A DNA stretch of 64,000 bases from Hypanus sabinus (Eukaryota), in assembly GCF_030144855.1 (NCBI RefSeq), contig NC_082731.1:20026001-20090000 (forward strand), in the 5' to 3' direction. The notes under the pieces are model-generated. The model had not been told where the DNA came from. It saw only the letters and a program-made list of their open reading frames with translations, and made no database searches. Of the stretch, positions 25,273-39,206 are shown piece by piece; position 1 is the stretch's first letter; each line of letters begins with the position of its first letter. The position numbers and the translations under genes were made by a program.

Positions 25273-28200
25273 GAAGTCGGAGGACCAGAACTGTGGAACG
25301 GCGGGAGCCATTTTGATTTTTTTCTTCTCATCGGAGTTAAGAGAGGCGATACTGCGTAGGCGTGTGACGTCGGGCAGTGAAACGGGGGAGATTTAAAAAT
25401 GGCAGAAATCCTGAATCGGGTTTCAGTTGGAGAATAAAGTCGGAAGAACAGAACAGGAGAGCGGCGGGAACCATTTTGATTTTTTCCTTCTTCTCATCCG
25501 AGTTAAGAGAGGCGGGACTGCGCAGGCGTGTGACGTCGGGCAGTAAAGCGGGGAAGATTTACAAAGGACGCAGCCTCATACAACGGACAGCGTCGTTTTG
25601 CAGGCAGTGGAGTGAGCCAGGAGCAGAGTGAAGGCTTAAGGGCTGTGGCTCAACGGGCTTAGGTGGAAGCGGGCGAGGCAAGGTAGGTTTAGGTTTCAGT
25701 TTTTCTTGTTATTTGAGGAAAGGGGGAAGTATGAATGTGAGGGCAGCTTGTTGTTCTCGGTGTCGGAAGTGGGAGGTCCTGGACTCTCCAAGCATCCCTG
25801 ACGTCCATGTCTGCGTCAAGTGCGCCGAGCTGCAGCTCCTAATGAACCATGTTAGGGTACTGGAGCTGCAGCTCGATGACCTTCGTCTGGTCAGGGAGAG
25901 TGAGGAGCTGATAGAGAGGAGTTACAGGCAGGTAGTCACACCGGGGCCACGGGAGGCGGACAGGTGGGTCACGGTTAGGAGGGGGAAGGGGAAGAGTCAG
26001 GTGCTAGAGAGTACCCCAGTGGCTGTACCCCTTGACAACAACTTCTCTTGTTTGAGTACTGTTGGGGGGACAGCCTACCTGGGGGAAGCACCAGTGGCCG
26101 TGCCTCCGGCACAGGGTCCGGCCCTGTACCTCAGAAGGGCAGGGAAAAGAAGAGGAAGGCAGTAGTAATCGGGGACTCGATAGTTAGGGGGTCAGATAGG
26201 CGATTCTGTGGACGTAATCAGGAGACCCGGATGGTAGATTGCCTCCCTGGTGCCAGGGTCTGGGATGTTTCTGATCGCGTCCAAGATATCCTGAAGTGGG
26301 AGGGTGAGGAGCCAGAAGTCGTGGTACATATAGGTACCAATGACATAGGTAAGAAAAGGGAAGAGGTCCTGAAAGGGGAATATAGGGAGTTAGGAAGGCA
26401 TTTGAGAAGAAGGACTGCAAAGGTAGTAATCTCGGGATTACTGCCTGTGCCACGTGACAGTGAGAGTAGGAATGGAATGAGGTGGAGAATAATGCGTGGC
26501 TGAGGGACTGGAGCACGGGGCAGGGATTCAAGCTTTTGGAACATTGGAACCCCTTTTGGGACAGATTTGACCTGTCCAAAAAGGAAGGGTTACACCTGAA
26601 TCCTAGGGGGAGCAATATCCTGACGGGGTGATTTGCTAAGTCTACTGGGGAGGCTTTAAACTAGAATGATTGTGGGGTGGGAATCAGTTTGCAGAGACTA
26701 GGGGAGAGGAGGTTAGTTTACAAATAGAGAAAGCTAGTAGAGAGTGTGTGAGTGAGGATAAGCAGGTGATAGAGAAGGGGAGCGCTCAGACCGAAGATGT
26801 AGGGGAGACGGAAGAAAAGATAATGAAGTTGTTTGCACCGTTTGAGATTATCAGAGAGGAAGAGGTGGAAAGTTTCTTAAATGCATCTATTTTAATGCTA
26901 GGAGCATTGTAAGAAAGGTGGATACCTGGAAATATGATGTTGTAGCTATTAGAGAAACATGGTTGCAGGAGTGGTGTGATTGGCAACTAAATATTCCTGG
27001 ATTTCGTCGCTTCAGCTATGATCGAATCGGAGGGGCAAGGGGGGTGGTTGCTATATTGCTTGTCCGAGAGAATATTACAGCGGTGCTTTGGCAGGATAGA
27101 TTAGAGGACTCGTCTAGGGAGGTTATTTGGGTGGAATTCAGAAACGGGAAAGGTGTAGTAACACTTATAGGGGTATATTATAGACTATCTAATGGGGAGC
27201 GAGAATTGGAGGAGCAAATCTGCAAGAGATAGCAGATATTCGTAGTAAGCACAGGGTTGTGATTGTGGGAGATTTTAATTTTCCACACATAGACTGGGAA
27301 ACCCATTCTGTAAAATGTCCGGATGGTTTGGAGTTTGTAAAATGTGTGCAGGATAGTTTTCTGCAGCAATACATAGAGATACCAACTAGAGAACGGGCAG
27401 TGTTGGATCTCCTGCTAGAGTGAGATAGAGTGACATCTCCTAAATGAGATAGGTCAGGTGACGGAGGTAAGTATTGAGGTGCACTTCGGGTCCAGTGATC
27501 GCAATCAATTGGTTACAGTATAATTATGGAGCAGGATAGGACTGGACCCAGGGTTGAAATTTTTGATTTGAGAAAGGTTAACTTTGAGGTGATACGAAAG
27601 GATTTAGAAGGAGTGGATTGGGACAATTTGTTTTATGGGAAGGAGGTAATAGAGAAATGGAGGCCATATGAAGTTGAAATTTTGAGGATACAGAATCTTT
27701 ATGTTCCTGTTAGGTTGAAAGGAAAGGTTAAAAGTTTGAGAGAGCCATGGTTTTCAAGGGATATTGGAAACTTTGGCAAGGTTCCACACGGAAGGTTAAT
27801 TAGGAAGGTTCAATCGTTAGCTATTATTATTGAAGTAGTAAAATGGATTCAACAGTGGCTGGATGGGAGATGCCAGAGAGCAGTGGTGGAAAACTGTTTG
27901 TCAGGTTGGAGACCGCTGACTAGTGGTGTGCTCAAGAATCTGCACTGGGTCTAATGTTGTTTGTAATATACATTAATGATCTGGATGATGGGGTGGTAAA
28001 TTGGATTAGTAAGTATGCAGATGATACTAAGATAGGAAGACTGGGTGGTCCCTCCCTGGATGACCCAACCCCGAGTACTCCTCTTACACTCGGTATTTAC
28101 GTTCTGCATAACCCATGGCCATCTCATCAGCTCTTTGAATCACTGCCACTATCATTCCCCAGTTATTCTCACCTCCCCCCAGTCTGTGCCTCACTTTCCC

Positions 28201-31200
28201 TTTAAAAGAGCGATATCTTTCTTCATTGCTGGTGTTCCAGGTAGTTGCCCATGTACCACCCCACACCCCCTGGGCCATCCTGTCCAACATATTCCTTGGG
28301 CACTAGGCTTTTACCAATATGTGAATATCTTTAGGGTGCATCTGGTGAATTTTAACCAATTCCTTGAGTTTGTTGTGGATAATGACGTAGGTTTTCAAAG
28401 TTTGCAGAGAGACTTAGGCCAGTTAGAAGAGTGGACTGAAAGATGGCAGATGGAGTTTAATGCTGATGTGTGAGGTGCTACATTTTAGTAGGACTAATTA
28501 AAATAGGACATACATGGTAAATGGTAGGGCATTAAGGAACGCAGTAAAACAGAGTGATCTAGGAATAATTGTGCATAGTTCCCTGAAGGTGGAATCTCAT
28601 GTGTATAGGGTGGCGAAGAATGTATTTGGTATGCCTGCCTTTATAAATAAGAGCATTGAGTATAGAGTTGAGATGTAATATTAAAATTGTACAAGGCTTT
28701 GGTGAGGCCAAATTTGCAGTATTGTGTGCAGTTCTGGTCACCGAATTATAGGAAAGATGTAAACAAATTAGAGAGAGGACAGAGGAGATATACTTGAATG
28801 TTATCTGGGTTTCAGCACCTAAGTTACAGAGAAAGGTTGAACAAGTTAGGTCTTTATTCCTTGGAGCGTAGAAGACTGAGGGGGGACTTGATAGAGGGAT
28901 TTAAAATTATGAGAGGGATAGATAGAGTTGACGTGCAGAGGCTTTTTCCATAGAACCATAGAACATTACAACAGAGAAACATGCCTTTTAGCCCTTCTTG
29001 GCTGTGCCAAACCATTTTTCTGCCTAGTCGCACTGACCTGCACCTGGGCCATATCCCTCCAAACCACTCTCATCCATGTAACTGTCCAAGGTTTTCTGAA
29101 GTGTCAATAGTGATCCCTCATTCATCACTTCATCTGGCAGCTCATTCCGCACTCTCACCACTCTCTGCTTGAAGAAGCCTCCCCCCATGATCCCTTTAAA
29201 CTTTTCCCCCTTCTCCCTTAACCCATGACCTCTTTTTTTTCTCCCCTAGCCTCCGTGGAAAAAGCCTGCTTGCATTCACTCTATCTATACCCATCATAAT
29301 TTTATACAACTCTATCAAATCACCCCTCATTTTCCTACGCTCCAGGGAATAAAGTCCTAACCTATTCAACCTTTCTCTGTAACTCAGTTTCGCAAGTCCC
29401 CGCAACATCCTTGTAAACCTTCTCTGCACTCTTTCAACCTTATTAATATCCTTCCTGTAATTTGGTGACCAAAACTGCACACAATACTCCAAATTATACA
29501 ACCTCACCATTACATTCCAACTCTTATACTCAATGCTTTGATTTATAAAGACAATGTACCAAAATATCTCATTGCGACCCTATCTACTTGTGACGTCACT
29601 TTTAGGGAATTATGTATCTGTGCTCCCAGATCCATCTGTTCTACTGCACTCCTCAGTGTCCTACCATTTACCTTGTATGTTCTACCTTGGTTTGACCTTC
29701 CGAAGTGCAATACCTCACACTTGTCCACAGTAAACTCCATCTGCCATTTTCAGCCCATTCCTCCAACTGGTCCAAATCCCTCTGCAAGCTTTGAATACCT
29801 TCCTCACTGTCCACTACACTCCACTGTCCACTGATCCCTGTGGCACACCGCTAGTCACAGGCCTCCACTCAGAGTAGCAATCCTCCACTGCCACTCTCTG
29901 GCTTCTTCCATTGAGCCAATGTCGAATCCAATTTACTATCTCACCATGTATACCTAGCGACTGACACTTCCCGACTAACCTTCCATGCGGGACTTGTCAA
30001 AGGCCTTACTGAAGTCCATGTAGACAACATCCACTGCCTTCCCTTCATCCACTTCCCTGGTAACTTCCTCAAAAAACTCTAATATATTGATTAAATATGA
30101 CCGACCATGCACAAAGCCATGCTGACTTTTACTAATAAGTTCCCTTCTATCTAAATACTTGTAGATGCTATCTCTTTATATTCCTTCCAATAATTTACCT
30201 ACTACTGATGTCAAACTTACCGGCCTATCATTTCTCGGCTTACTTTTTGAGCCTTTTTTAAACAACGGAACTACATGAGCTAACCTCCAATCTTCCAGCA
30301 CCTGACCCGTGGTTATCGACAATTTTAATTATTTCTGCCAGGGCCCCTGCAATTTCAACACGAGTCTCCTTCAAGGTCCGAGGGAATACCCTGTCAGGTC
30401 CTAGGGATTTATCTACTCTGATTTGGCCCAAGACATCAAGCACCTCCTCCCCTTTAATTTGTGTAAGTTCCATGACTTCCCTACTTGTTTCCCTTGTTTC
30501 CATAGACTCCAATCCAGTTTCCCTAGTAAATACAGATGCAAAAAAAACCCATTTAAAATGTCTCCCATTTCTTTTGGTTCCATACAAAGCCGATCACGCT
30601 GATCTTCAAGAGGACCAATTTTATCCCTTACGGTCCTTTTGCTCTTAACATACCTGTAGAAGCTTATAGGATTATCCTTCACCCTGACAGCCAAAGCAAC
30701 CTCATTTCTTCTTTCAGCCCTCCTGATTTCTTTCTTAGGTATTTTCTTACTCTTTTTATACTTCCCAAGCATCTTATTTCCTCTCTGTTGCCTATACATG
30801 TTATAGATCTCTTTCTTCTTCTTTATCAGAGTTCCAATATCCCTCGAGAATCAAGGTTCCTTATTCTTATTCATTTTGCCTTTAACCCTGACAGGAACAT
30901 ACAAACACTGCACTCTCAGAATTTCTCCTTTGAAGGTCTCCCACTTACCAATCACATCCTTGCCAGAGAGCAACCCGTCCCAATCTACGCTTTTCAGATC
31001 CTTTCTCATTTCTTCAAATTTGCCCCTTTTCCAGTTTAGAACTTCAACCCGAGGACCAGATCCATCTTTATCCATGATCAAGTTGAAACTAATGGCTTTC
31101 TGATCACTGGAACCAAAGTGTTCTCCTACACACACTTCCGTCACCTGCCCTAACTCATTTCCTAATAGGAGATATAATATTGTATCCTCCCTAGTTGGTA

Positions 31201-32460
31201 CATCTATATATTGATTTAGAAAACTTTCCTGAACATATTTTACAAACTCTAACCCATCCAGACCTTTAACAGAATGGGAGTCCCAATCAATGTGTGGAAG
31301 ATTAAAATCCCCTACAATCACAACTTTCTGTCTTCTGCAGTTGTCTATTATTTTTCTGCAGATTTGCTCCTCCAATTCTCGCTACTATTGGGTGGTATAT
31401 AATACAACCCTATTGATATGGTCATACCTTTCCTGTTTCTCAAATCCACCCATATGGACTCAGTAGACAAGCCCTCTTATCTGTTCTGTTGAGGCACAAC
31501 TGTAATATTTTCCCTGACTAGCAAAGCCACACCCCACCCTTCATCCCTCTGCCTCTATCACGCCTGAAACATCAGAACCCTGGAACACTGAGCTGCCAGT
31601 CCTGTCCCTCCTGTAGCCAAGTTTCAGTAATGGCTATGATGTCATAATTCCATGTGTCAATCCAAGCCCTCAGCTCCTGCCTTTCCCACAATGCTCCTCG
31701 CATTGAAATATACACACCTCAGAAGATTATTACCACCACACACAACCTTAATATTTGTGATTTTGCATGAACTACTAACATAATTTATTTTTACCCCCGT
31801 TCTGCTATCTTACTCTGGCACTCTGGTTCCCACCCCCTGAAAATCTAGTTGTAATTTCCCTCCCCAGTAACACTAGCAAACCTCCCTACAAGTATCTTGG
31901 ACCCTTGTAGTTCAGGTGTAACCCGTTTCTCTAGTACAGGTTCCACCTGCCCCAGAAGAGGTCCCATGATCTAGAAATCAGAAACCCTGCCCCCTAAACC
32001 AGTTTCTCAGCCACGTGTTCATCTGCCAGAGCATCCTTCTCTTACCCTCACTGGCACGTTCACAGGCAGCAATCCGGAGATTACTACCCTCGAGGTCCTG
32101 TTTTCGTACCAAGCTCTCTGTACTCACTCTACAGGACCTCTGAGAGTAGGGGAGATTCAAACAAGAGGACATGAGTTGAGAGTTAAGGGGCAAAAGTTTA
32201 GGGGTAACACGAGGGGTATCTTCTTTACTGAGAGAGTGGTAGCTGTGTGGAACGAGCTTCCAGTAGAAGTGGTAGAAGCAGGTTCGATTTTGTCATTTAA
32301 GAAAAAATGGATAGGTATATAGACAGGAAAGGAATGGAGGGTTATGGGCTGAGTGCAGTTCGGTGGGACGAGGTGAGAGTAAGCGTTCGGCATGGACTAG
32401 AAGGGCCAAGATGGCCTGTTTCCATGATGTTATTGTTATATGGTTATATATATGGTTATA
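25273..32460 (+). mobile_element. Near full-length CR1 LINE (5'UTR monomers, ORF1, ORF2, 3' tail) with nested insertions
   Basis: Two ~85-bp 5'UTR repeats (25300, 25463). ORF1 from ATG 25731 with CX2C...CX2C and SGNH-esterase motifs 'GDSIVRG', 'LPGA', 'VHIGTND'. APE motif 'YDVVAIRETW'; RT 'YADDTKIG'. ORF2 is broken at 28950 and resumes at ~32140; tail (TATGGTTATA)n at ~32435-32460. Frameshifted, with an internal deletion near 27770. Confidence 0.92.
28951..32139 (-). mobile_element. Antisense CR1 LINE(s) nested in the 25273 element
   Basis: Reverse tail (TAGAACCATAGAAC) at 28951. Minus ORFs with '[15 protein letters not shown]', 'VGDFNLPHIDW' and 'KSLGPDRVFPRTLKE'. Confidence 0.88.
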
Positions 32461-32760
32461 AGAGTCGGCAAACAGTTGAAAAATTGAATAAGGGAGAGAA
32501 AGAAGGGAAGGAGAGAGGACGTGCGAAGGATTCAGACGACAAGATGAAGACGGGCGAGAAGGACCAAGAGTGAGAAACTGAGAGAGTCTGTTAACACAGG
32601 CTTGTTCTGATTGGTTTCATACTCTTTTATCTTGAGTAAGTGACAAATGAGGTGCGAGAGACACGTCTCCTGTCTCCCATTTAGTCCCTGCTGGTGCTGA
32701 CGCGAAGGTGTTACCTTCTCTCGAGTTACAATTTCATAAATTGATTGTAATGCAGACACC

Positions 32761-33192
32761 ATGTCTCCCCTGTGTTGGTTGCTGATCCTAACGGCTGCTC
32801 TCCCTGGTGAGTCTCTGCCTAATCGGTTGGCGCGTGTCTTCCATGTTCATTGCGATCCGGCCCCGCTCACACTCTCTGGGATTTGTTACAGGTACGAGTG
32901 CGGCAATCTCGGTGACTCAGGATCAGAGGGAATTAATGATCGAGGAAGGTCAAACTGCGTCGCTGAGCTGCAGCTACTCGGAAACGGGAAGAACCTATCT
33001 GTGGTATGCTCAACATTCTGGAAAATCTCCGAAACTACTGTTGATAATATACAGCTCTGGAAACACGAAACTGTCTGAAGGCGTTTCGGTCAGGGTTTCA
33101 GGTTCTCTAAACAAAACCGGCCAGCGGTTTCATATGAGTATCTCCAAGATTGTTATGCCGGATTCCGCCCTGTATCTTTACGCCGTGGAGTC
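32761..33192 (+). pseudogene. TRAV/TRDV: Family-1 V segment (V2): open frame but Cys104->Tyr. Leader 32761-32806, intron 32807-32891, V exon 32892-33192
   Basis: Near-identical to V1/V3 but reads DSALYLYAVE (TGC->TAC). RSS CACAGTG (33193-99), 22 nt, ACAAAAACT (33222-30). Confidence 0.88.
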
Positions 33193-34423
33193 CACAGTGT
33201 TCCAGGTGACGGCGGATCAGGACAAAAACTCACCCTGAGTGTAGCGGGCGCTCGCTGCAGAGGGCGCCCTGAGCCCCACCCACAACATTTAATAGGGTCT
33301 GTTCATGAAACCCTGTCAAAATGTACGCTCCCTGGAGTGGCGCTACTGAAGTCTGCAGCGCCGAGGAGCAAGTGATTCAACACCCTCACTAACCCGCTCC
33401 AACCACTGCCGAGCGAAGACGTCCCCATTTCCGTCTTTCCTCAGTAGCGTGTCCCTTACTTCTAGAGTCGGAGGGGAGGAAGGCGGGACATTCATATCAT
33501 GTATGGACAGCGTTTTGAGAAAGAGGGATACTGCTGGGAAGATGGGGTGAGATTATGAGGATGGATGGCGGGATAGAGAGAGCGAGAAGAGACCGGGAAA
33601 CAGACAGCGAGACAGCAAGAGAAATACGGTAGATGAGAGCGAGGGCGGGAAGCGGAAACACAGCGGAAAGAGAGTGGAAGCAACTGAAATTGAGTGTGGG
33701 GCGACAGAGAGAGCACGAGAAATGGAAAAGACGAATGTGGAAAGAGAGGATAAAAGAGGATGAAGGAAATAGCAAGGGGGAGGGGTGAAAGTGTGCAAAG
33801 TAGTGAGCGATGGAATGGAAGAAAGAAACAAGGAAATAATAAATAGCTGGAGGGAAAGGACCGAGATAGTGAGCAGGAATGGTAGGGAAAAAGGATTAAA
33901 AGCGGGAGGAAATGAACGACATGACGAGGAGGAAATGAGAAAGGGCTGGATAGCGATGGAGAGTTTAGTAGAATAAGAAACGGAGGTGGTTAAATCTCGT
34001 GCAAGTAGAAAAGGAAGGAAGAGTTAGGGTGACGAACATGGCGACCGAGCGTAGAGTCTGAATAAATGCGGCAGTGACAGGGAGCGATGCTGTTTGAAAG
34101 AGGGAGAGAGGTAGACGACGAAAAAAGGGAGAGCGAGTGAGTGAGATTGCAGATGAGTGGAAGTAGGAGAGACAACGCGAGGTGCAGTACTGAGAGAAAA
34201 TGTGTTATAAAGACAAACATAAACAGGCAGACAAAATACAGCAATACTAACTCTGACTGGGAACCGGAGCTTTTGTTCACACTGAATCGATTGACTGAGC
34301 AACGGCCCCAGTATTACACATCCTGAGAGGGGTAGCAGGACGGATCATATTCTGCAATATCGGTGAACGTAATTAGCCATTTGGAAGTAAGCTGTCTTTC
34401 GATCGAGCGGGGAGCCAGGCACC

Positions 34424-34799
34424 GTGTCTTCCCTCCGTTGTTTGGATTATATTAGTTGTCCTTTTCTTGAAGGAGCGAGTGAGCAAGATTCAGAGACTCA
34501 GCGGTCGCCTGAATTAACGTTCGAGGAAGGACAGACCGCAGGACTGATCTGTAATTACAATGGCGTCGGTGCATTTTGATTGGTACATTTGTCATCTTGG
34601 GGAAACTCCAAACTACTTGCTGACGTTATATACCTCCGGATCGATGAAGTTGTCTGCAGAATCTCCAGTGAGATTTACCGCTGCTTTGTAGAGAGGCAGC
34701 AAGATGGCTTATTTGAAAATCTCTGGAGCTCTTGTGTCAGACTCCGCCGTGCTGTGGGGAACAATCCATGGCAAGGAGACTATGGCTTCCGATAAAATA
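34424..34799 (+). pseudogene. Family-2 V pseudogene (start GTG, leader intron deleted, frameshift, stop, YYC deleted, RSS remnant)
   Basis: Aligns to the intact V at 63627, including the promoter. 2-nt loss before Trp41, CAG->TAG, 'DSAV' joined directly to 'CTGTGGGG'. RSS remnant ACAATCC-23-GATAAAATA. Confidence 0.88.
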
Positions 34800-35419
34800 T
34801 GTCGTGGTGTGATGCAGTGAGCGGTCGCTAGAGGACGTGTATTGCTAGAAAACTGGAAGTGCTGACTATTTTAAGAAAGGGAGGGGATTTCCGTGGTGTG
34901 CTGCGGGGTGTCCACGACAGTCTGCATTGGGGTCTCTGGGAGCTCAACAAGGGGAGCAGACTGCCGCCTCTCTCTGCACCCATGAATGTGTGTCTAGGCA
35001 CAAATGAAATACCATCTATAAGTTTGCTTGTGACAAAACTACTGTTGGTAGAATTTCATATAGTGGAGAAAGGGCGTCCACGAGAGAGAGAGAGAGATCA
35101 CTGTTGAGCTGTCTCACAGCTACAAACTTGGACTCAACGATAGTAAGTCCATAGAACTGATTGTGAACTTCAAGATTGGTAACAGGAGTAACGCACAGCA
35201 GTGTTCATAGAGGGATTAGAAGTGGAAAATCAGCAATTTCAAGTTATTAGATGTCAATATCCTGTGCCCAGAATATCGATACTGCTACAAAGAATGCACG
35301 ACGACGGCTGTATTTCAATAGTAGTTTGAGGATATTTGGTATGCCCCCTAAGATACTCGCAAATTTCTACAAATCTATCGCAGAGAGCATTTTATCTGGC
35401 AGCATCACTGTCAGTTGAA

Positions 35420-37650
35420 AGACCATAAGGCCATAAGACATAGGTGAGGTATTAGGCCATTAAACCCGTCGAATCTGCTCGGCCATTCCATAATGGCTGA
35501 TTCCAGATCCCACTCAACCCCATACAGCTTCCTTCTCACCATATCCTTTGATGCCCTGACCGATCACGAAATGGCCAACTTCCGTCTTATGGACTTGGCC
35601 TCCACCACAGTCCATGGCAGAGCATGCCAAAGATTCACTTCTTTCTGCCAAATAAATTCCCTCTTACCCCCTATAGTTCTGGATGCTCCTTACAATAGGA
35701 ATCATCCTCTCTATATCCAGATTACCAACTCCTTTTAACATTCGGTTGGTTTTAATGAGATCTCTCCGCATTCCTTTAAAGTCCTGTGAGTACAGACCCA
35801 AAGCTGTCAAACGCTCCTCATATGTCAACACCTTCATTCCCAGAATCATTCCCGTAAAACCGTCCCCGCACTCCATCCAATGACAGCACATACTTTCCGA
35901 GATATGGAGCCCAAAATTGTTGACCATACACGAGGTGCGGCCTGATCAGGGTCTTATAAATGCTTAGAATTATCTCCTTGCTTTTATATTCTATTAACTT
36001 TGAAAAAAAAAGTCAACATTGCATTTATCTTCTTTACCTCCGGCTCGACCTGTATATTAACTTTCGGGGAGTCTTTTACGAGGACTCCTAAGTCCCTCTG
36101 CACCCCTGCTGATTGAAACGTCTCCCCATTTAGATAATGGTTTGTACTGTTGTTCATGTTATCAATATGAATTATCATACATTTCCTAACACTGTATTCC
36201 ATCTGCTACTGTTTACCCGTTCTTCCAATTTTTCTGTCCTGCTGCAATCGCACAGCTTCCTCAGCACTTCTACTCCTCGACCTATCTTCGTATCTTCCTC
36301 AAACCTTGCCACAAAACCATCAATTCCATTATCTAAATCACTGACAAACAATGTGAAAAGTGGTGGTACCAATACTGACTCGGAGTAACACTACAAGTCA
36401 CCCGCAGCCAATCAGAAAAGGCCTCTTTTATTCCCACTCGCTGCGTCCTTCCTGTCAGCCTAAGAAGGTGTGTCAGTACCTTTCCTGTAATGTCATAGGC
36501 TTTTATATCGTTAAGCAGTCATGTGTGGCACCTTATCCAACGTCTTCTGAAAATCCAAGTAAATAACATCCGCCGCCTCCCCTTTATCCGGCCTGCTTGT
36601 TACTTCCTCGAAGAACTCTAACAGAATTGTTAGACAAGATTTCCCTTCACAGAAACCATGCTGATATTGACTTATTTTATCATTAGTCTCCAAGTACCCC
36701 GAAACCTCATTCTTAATAAAAGACAACGACTGATTCCCAAAACTGAGGTTAGGCTAACTAGCCAATTATTTCTTTTGTTTTGCCTTCCTCCCTTCTTAAA
36801 CAGTGGTGATATTTGCATTCTTCCGGTGATTCTAGAAAGACCATGACCAATGTATCCGTTATCTCTTCGGAGACCTCTCTCAGGAATCTGGTACGTAGTC
36901 TATATGGTCCTGGTGACATATCCACATGAAGGGCACTTTCCCCTTTGTAATAACAATGGCAGTCACGCCTGTTCATCCTTCCCCTTTTTATAGATTTTTT
37001 TTGACTTTCCTTGAACTATAGAAGCTTCCCAATCATTCATCTTTCTAGTTATTTTTGCCACCTTATATGCCCATTTCCTGTCTACTATGCAGTCCTTAAC
37101 TTGCTTTGTCAGCCAAGCTTGCCCGCCCTTGGCATTTGAGAACTTCATCCCCGTGGGTACACATCTATATTGTGCTTTGTGAACTATTCCCAGAAACTTT
37201 AGCCATCTCTGTTCTGCCGTCATCGCCGGCAGTATCCTCCTATAATCTTAAAGGAACCTCCTACAAGGGTCCCTAGTAAGACCTGGGTTATTACACAACG
37301 TCCAATCTAAGATAGGCTTTCCCCGAGTAGGTTCAAGCACAAGCTGCTTTAAAAAGCCGTCTTGTACAGATTCAACAAATTGCCTCTCGTACGATCCGAT
37401 ATTAACCTAATTTTCTCAATCCCCTTGCATAATGAAGTCCGTCATTATAATTGTTCATTATCTTTATTATATATATTTTCGATCTCCCTCTGCAATCTCA
37501 ACTCTACATCTTGGCTACTATTTCGATACCAATATCTGATGTCCATAATGTTTTGGTTACCCATGCATATTCCATATCCGACACCTAGAGCACTCACCCC
37601 TCTATTCTGTCAGGATTTCAGTAAGATATAAGGAATGGGCTTAGCTACTT
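35420..37650 (-). mobile_element. CR1 LINE fragment (duplicated at 45850-48100)
   Basis: 'IYLDFQKTLDKVPH' and 'FVARFEEDTKIG' motifs; colinear with the 45850-48100 copy. Confidence 0.85.
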
Positions 37651-38901
37651 AACTTGCCTCCGCCTGTAGTTGCCGAAGCCCTCTTGATCCAAAGCATTAC
37701 TACTCTGCCCCAGACTACTCCGACGACGAACGCTCCTACGATAACTGATCCGATCGGCGGTACCCTTCTTTTACAGAGACTAGGATTTTATTCTCTTTGC
37801 CTGAACTGTTGCGTCTGTGCAGTACTCCAATCAAGGATCGTATCGGAGCTACTGAAATGGAATGATATAAGCTGTGTGGAATTGTTGGCTTAGTAAGCTT
37901 CATCACGGGCATTTGGCACCGTCGTATCCAGGACATCTTCAAGGAGTAATACCTCAGAAAGGTGGTATTAATCATTAAAGATCCCCATGAGCTGTGTGCA
38001 TTCCTGCCATCTTGATGGAGGTAGAGGAACCTGACAAGGCAGCCACTCCACGATTCAGGAACAGTTTCTTCCCCTCTGCAATCCTATTTCTGAATTTATA
38101 GTACCTCACTGCTGCTGTACTTTTATTTTTATAGTAATTATTTAATGTAACTATTAACACAACACTGCTCCAAATAGTGCTATATGAGGTCATTCTTAGC
38201 CGTTCGGCCCTATAATGAGTCAAACAATAAATGCGGAAGTGATGACCCCCTTCTGTTGGGCTGTTTGTGGTCTTTAGTTCATCGTTTCTACTTCTCTCCT
38301 AATATTAATTTCTGTGCACTTGCCACTGTCACACGGTAATTTCCTCTGGGTTCAATAACGTATCTATCTATCTATATACATATATATTTATTGTAATTCA
38401 CAATTTTATCTCTCTCGTACAAATTACAATTTATTGCTGCTGCAAAGACAACAAATTTCACGACACATGCCAGTGATAGTAAACCTGGTTCTGAATTCTG
38501 TGAGAAGTTGTCTATGAGCCTGGAGACACATACTCTCAGGTTACTTTGATCGTCTGTCAAAATGGAAGGTGAGAAGAGTGAACTACGGCTAGGTAACGAT
38601 TGGTTATGCTAGCTTCTTCAGCGAAACACCAAAACGTGTGAACAGAGTCCATGAGGGGAACCGTTGGTTCTCGCGATTTTCTGAGCTGTGCCGAAGCTCT
38701 GTAGTTTCTCCTGGTCACACGCAGAGCCGTTCCCGTACCAAGCCGCAATGCATCAAAATATGATGCTCTCTGTGATGTGTAGATAAAAACTGGTGAAGCT
38801 AGAAGAGGATATGCCGATTTTTGTTAGACTATTGATGACGTTCAGTCCAAGGACCTTGAAGTTCTGACGATTCTCGATTCCAGCACCCTGCATGTAGACA
38901 G

Positions 38902-39206
38902 TGTTAGCGCGTGGCCAAGTGGTTAAGGTCTAGTGATCTAGTCTAGTGATTTGAAGGTCGCTAGGTCGAGCCTTGACTGAGACTGCATGTGTGTCCTTGA
39001 GCAAGGGATTTAAACACACATTGCTTGGCGACGACACCGGTGCCAAGCTGCGTGGGTCCTTGGACAACATCGGTGGCGTGGAGAGGGTGTCTTGCATCTT
39101 GGGCAACTGCCGGTCTTCCATAAAAATCCTTGCCGAGGCTTGCGCCCTGAAAACTTTCCAAGGCGCAAATCCATGGTCTACCGAGACTAATGGAGGCCTG
39201 CAGAAT
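38902..39206 (+). mobile_element. tRNA-derived SINE with 10-bp TSD
   Basis: Head GCGCGTGGCCAAGTGGTTAAGG (A box) and GGTCGAGCC (B-box-like). TSD ATGTAGACAG at 38892-38901 and 39207-39216. Empty site in the paralogous block at ~49388. Confidence 0.85.

Noticed and set aside
32761-34799. Calling the V pairs NAR-TCR or TCR-mu
   Set aside because: No IgNAR-like V, no D or J with RSS between the Vs, and the downstream V is either pseudogenised or has its own leader.
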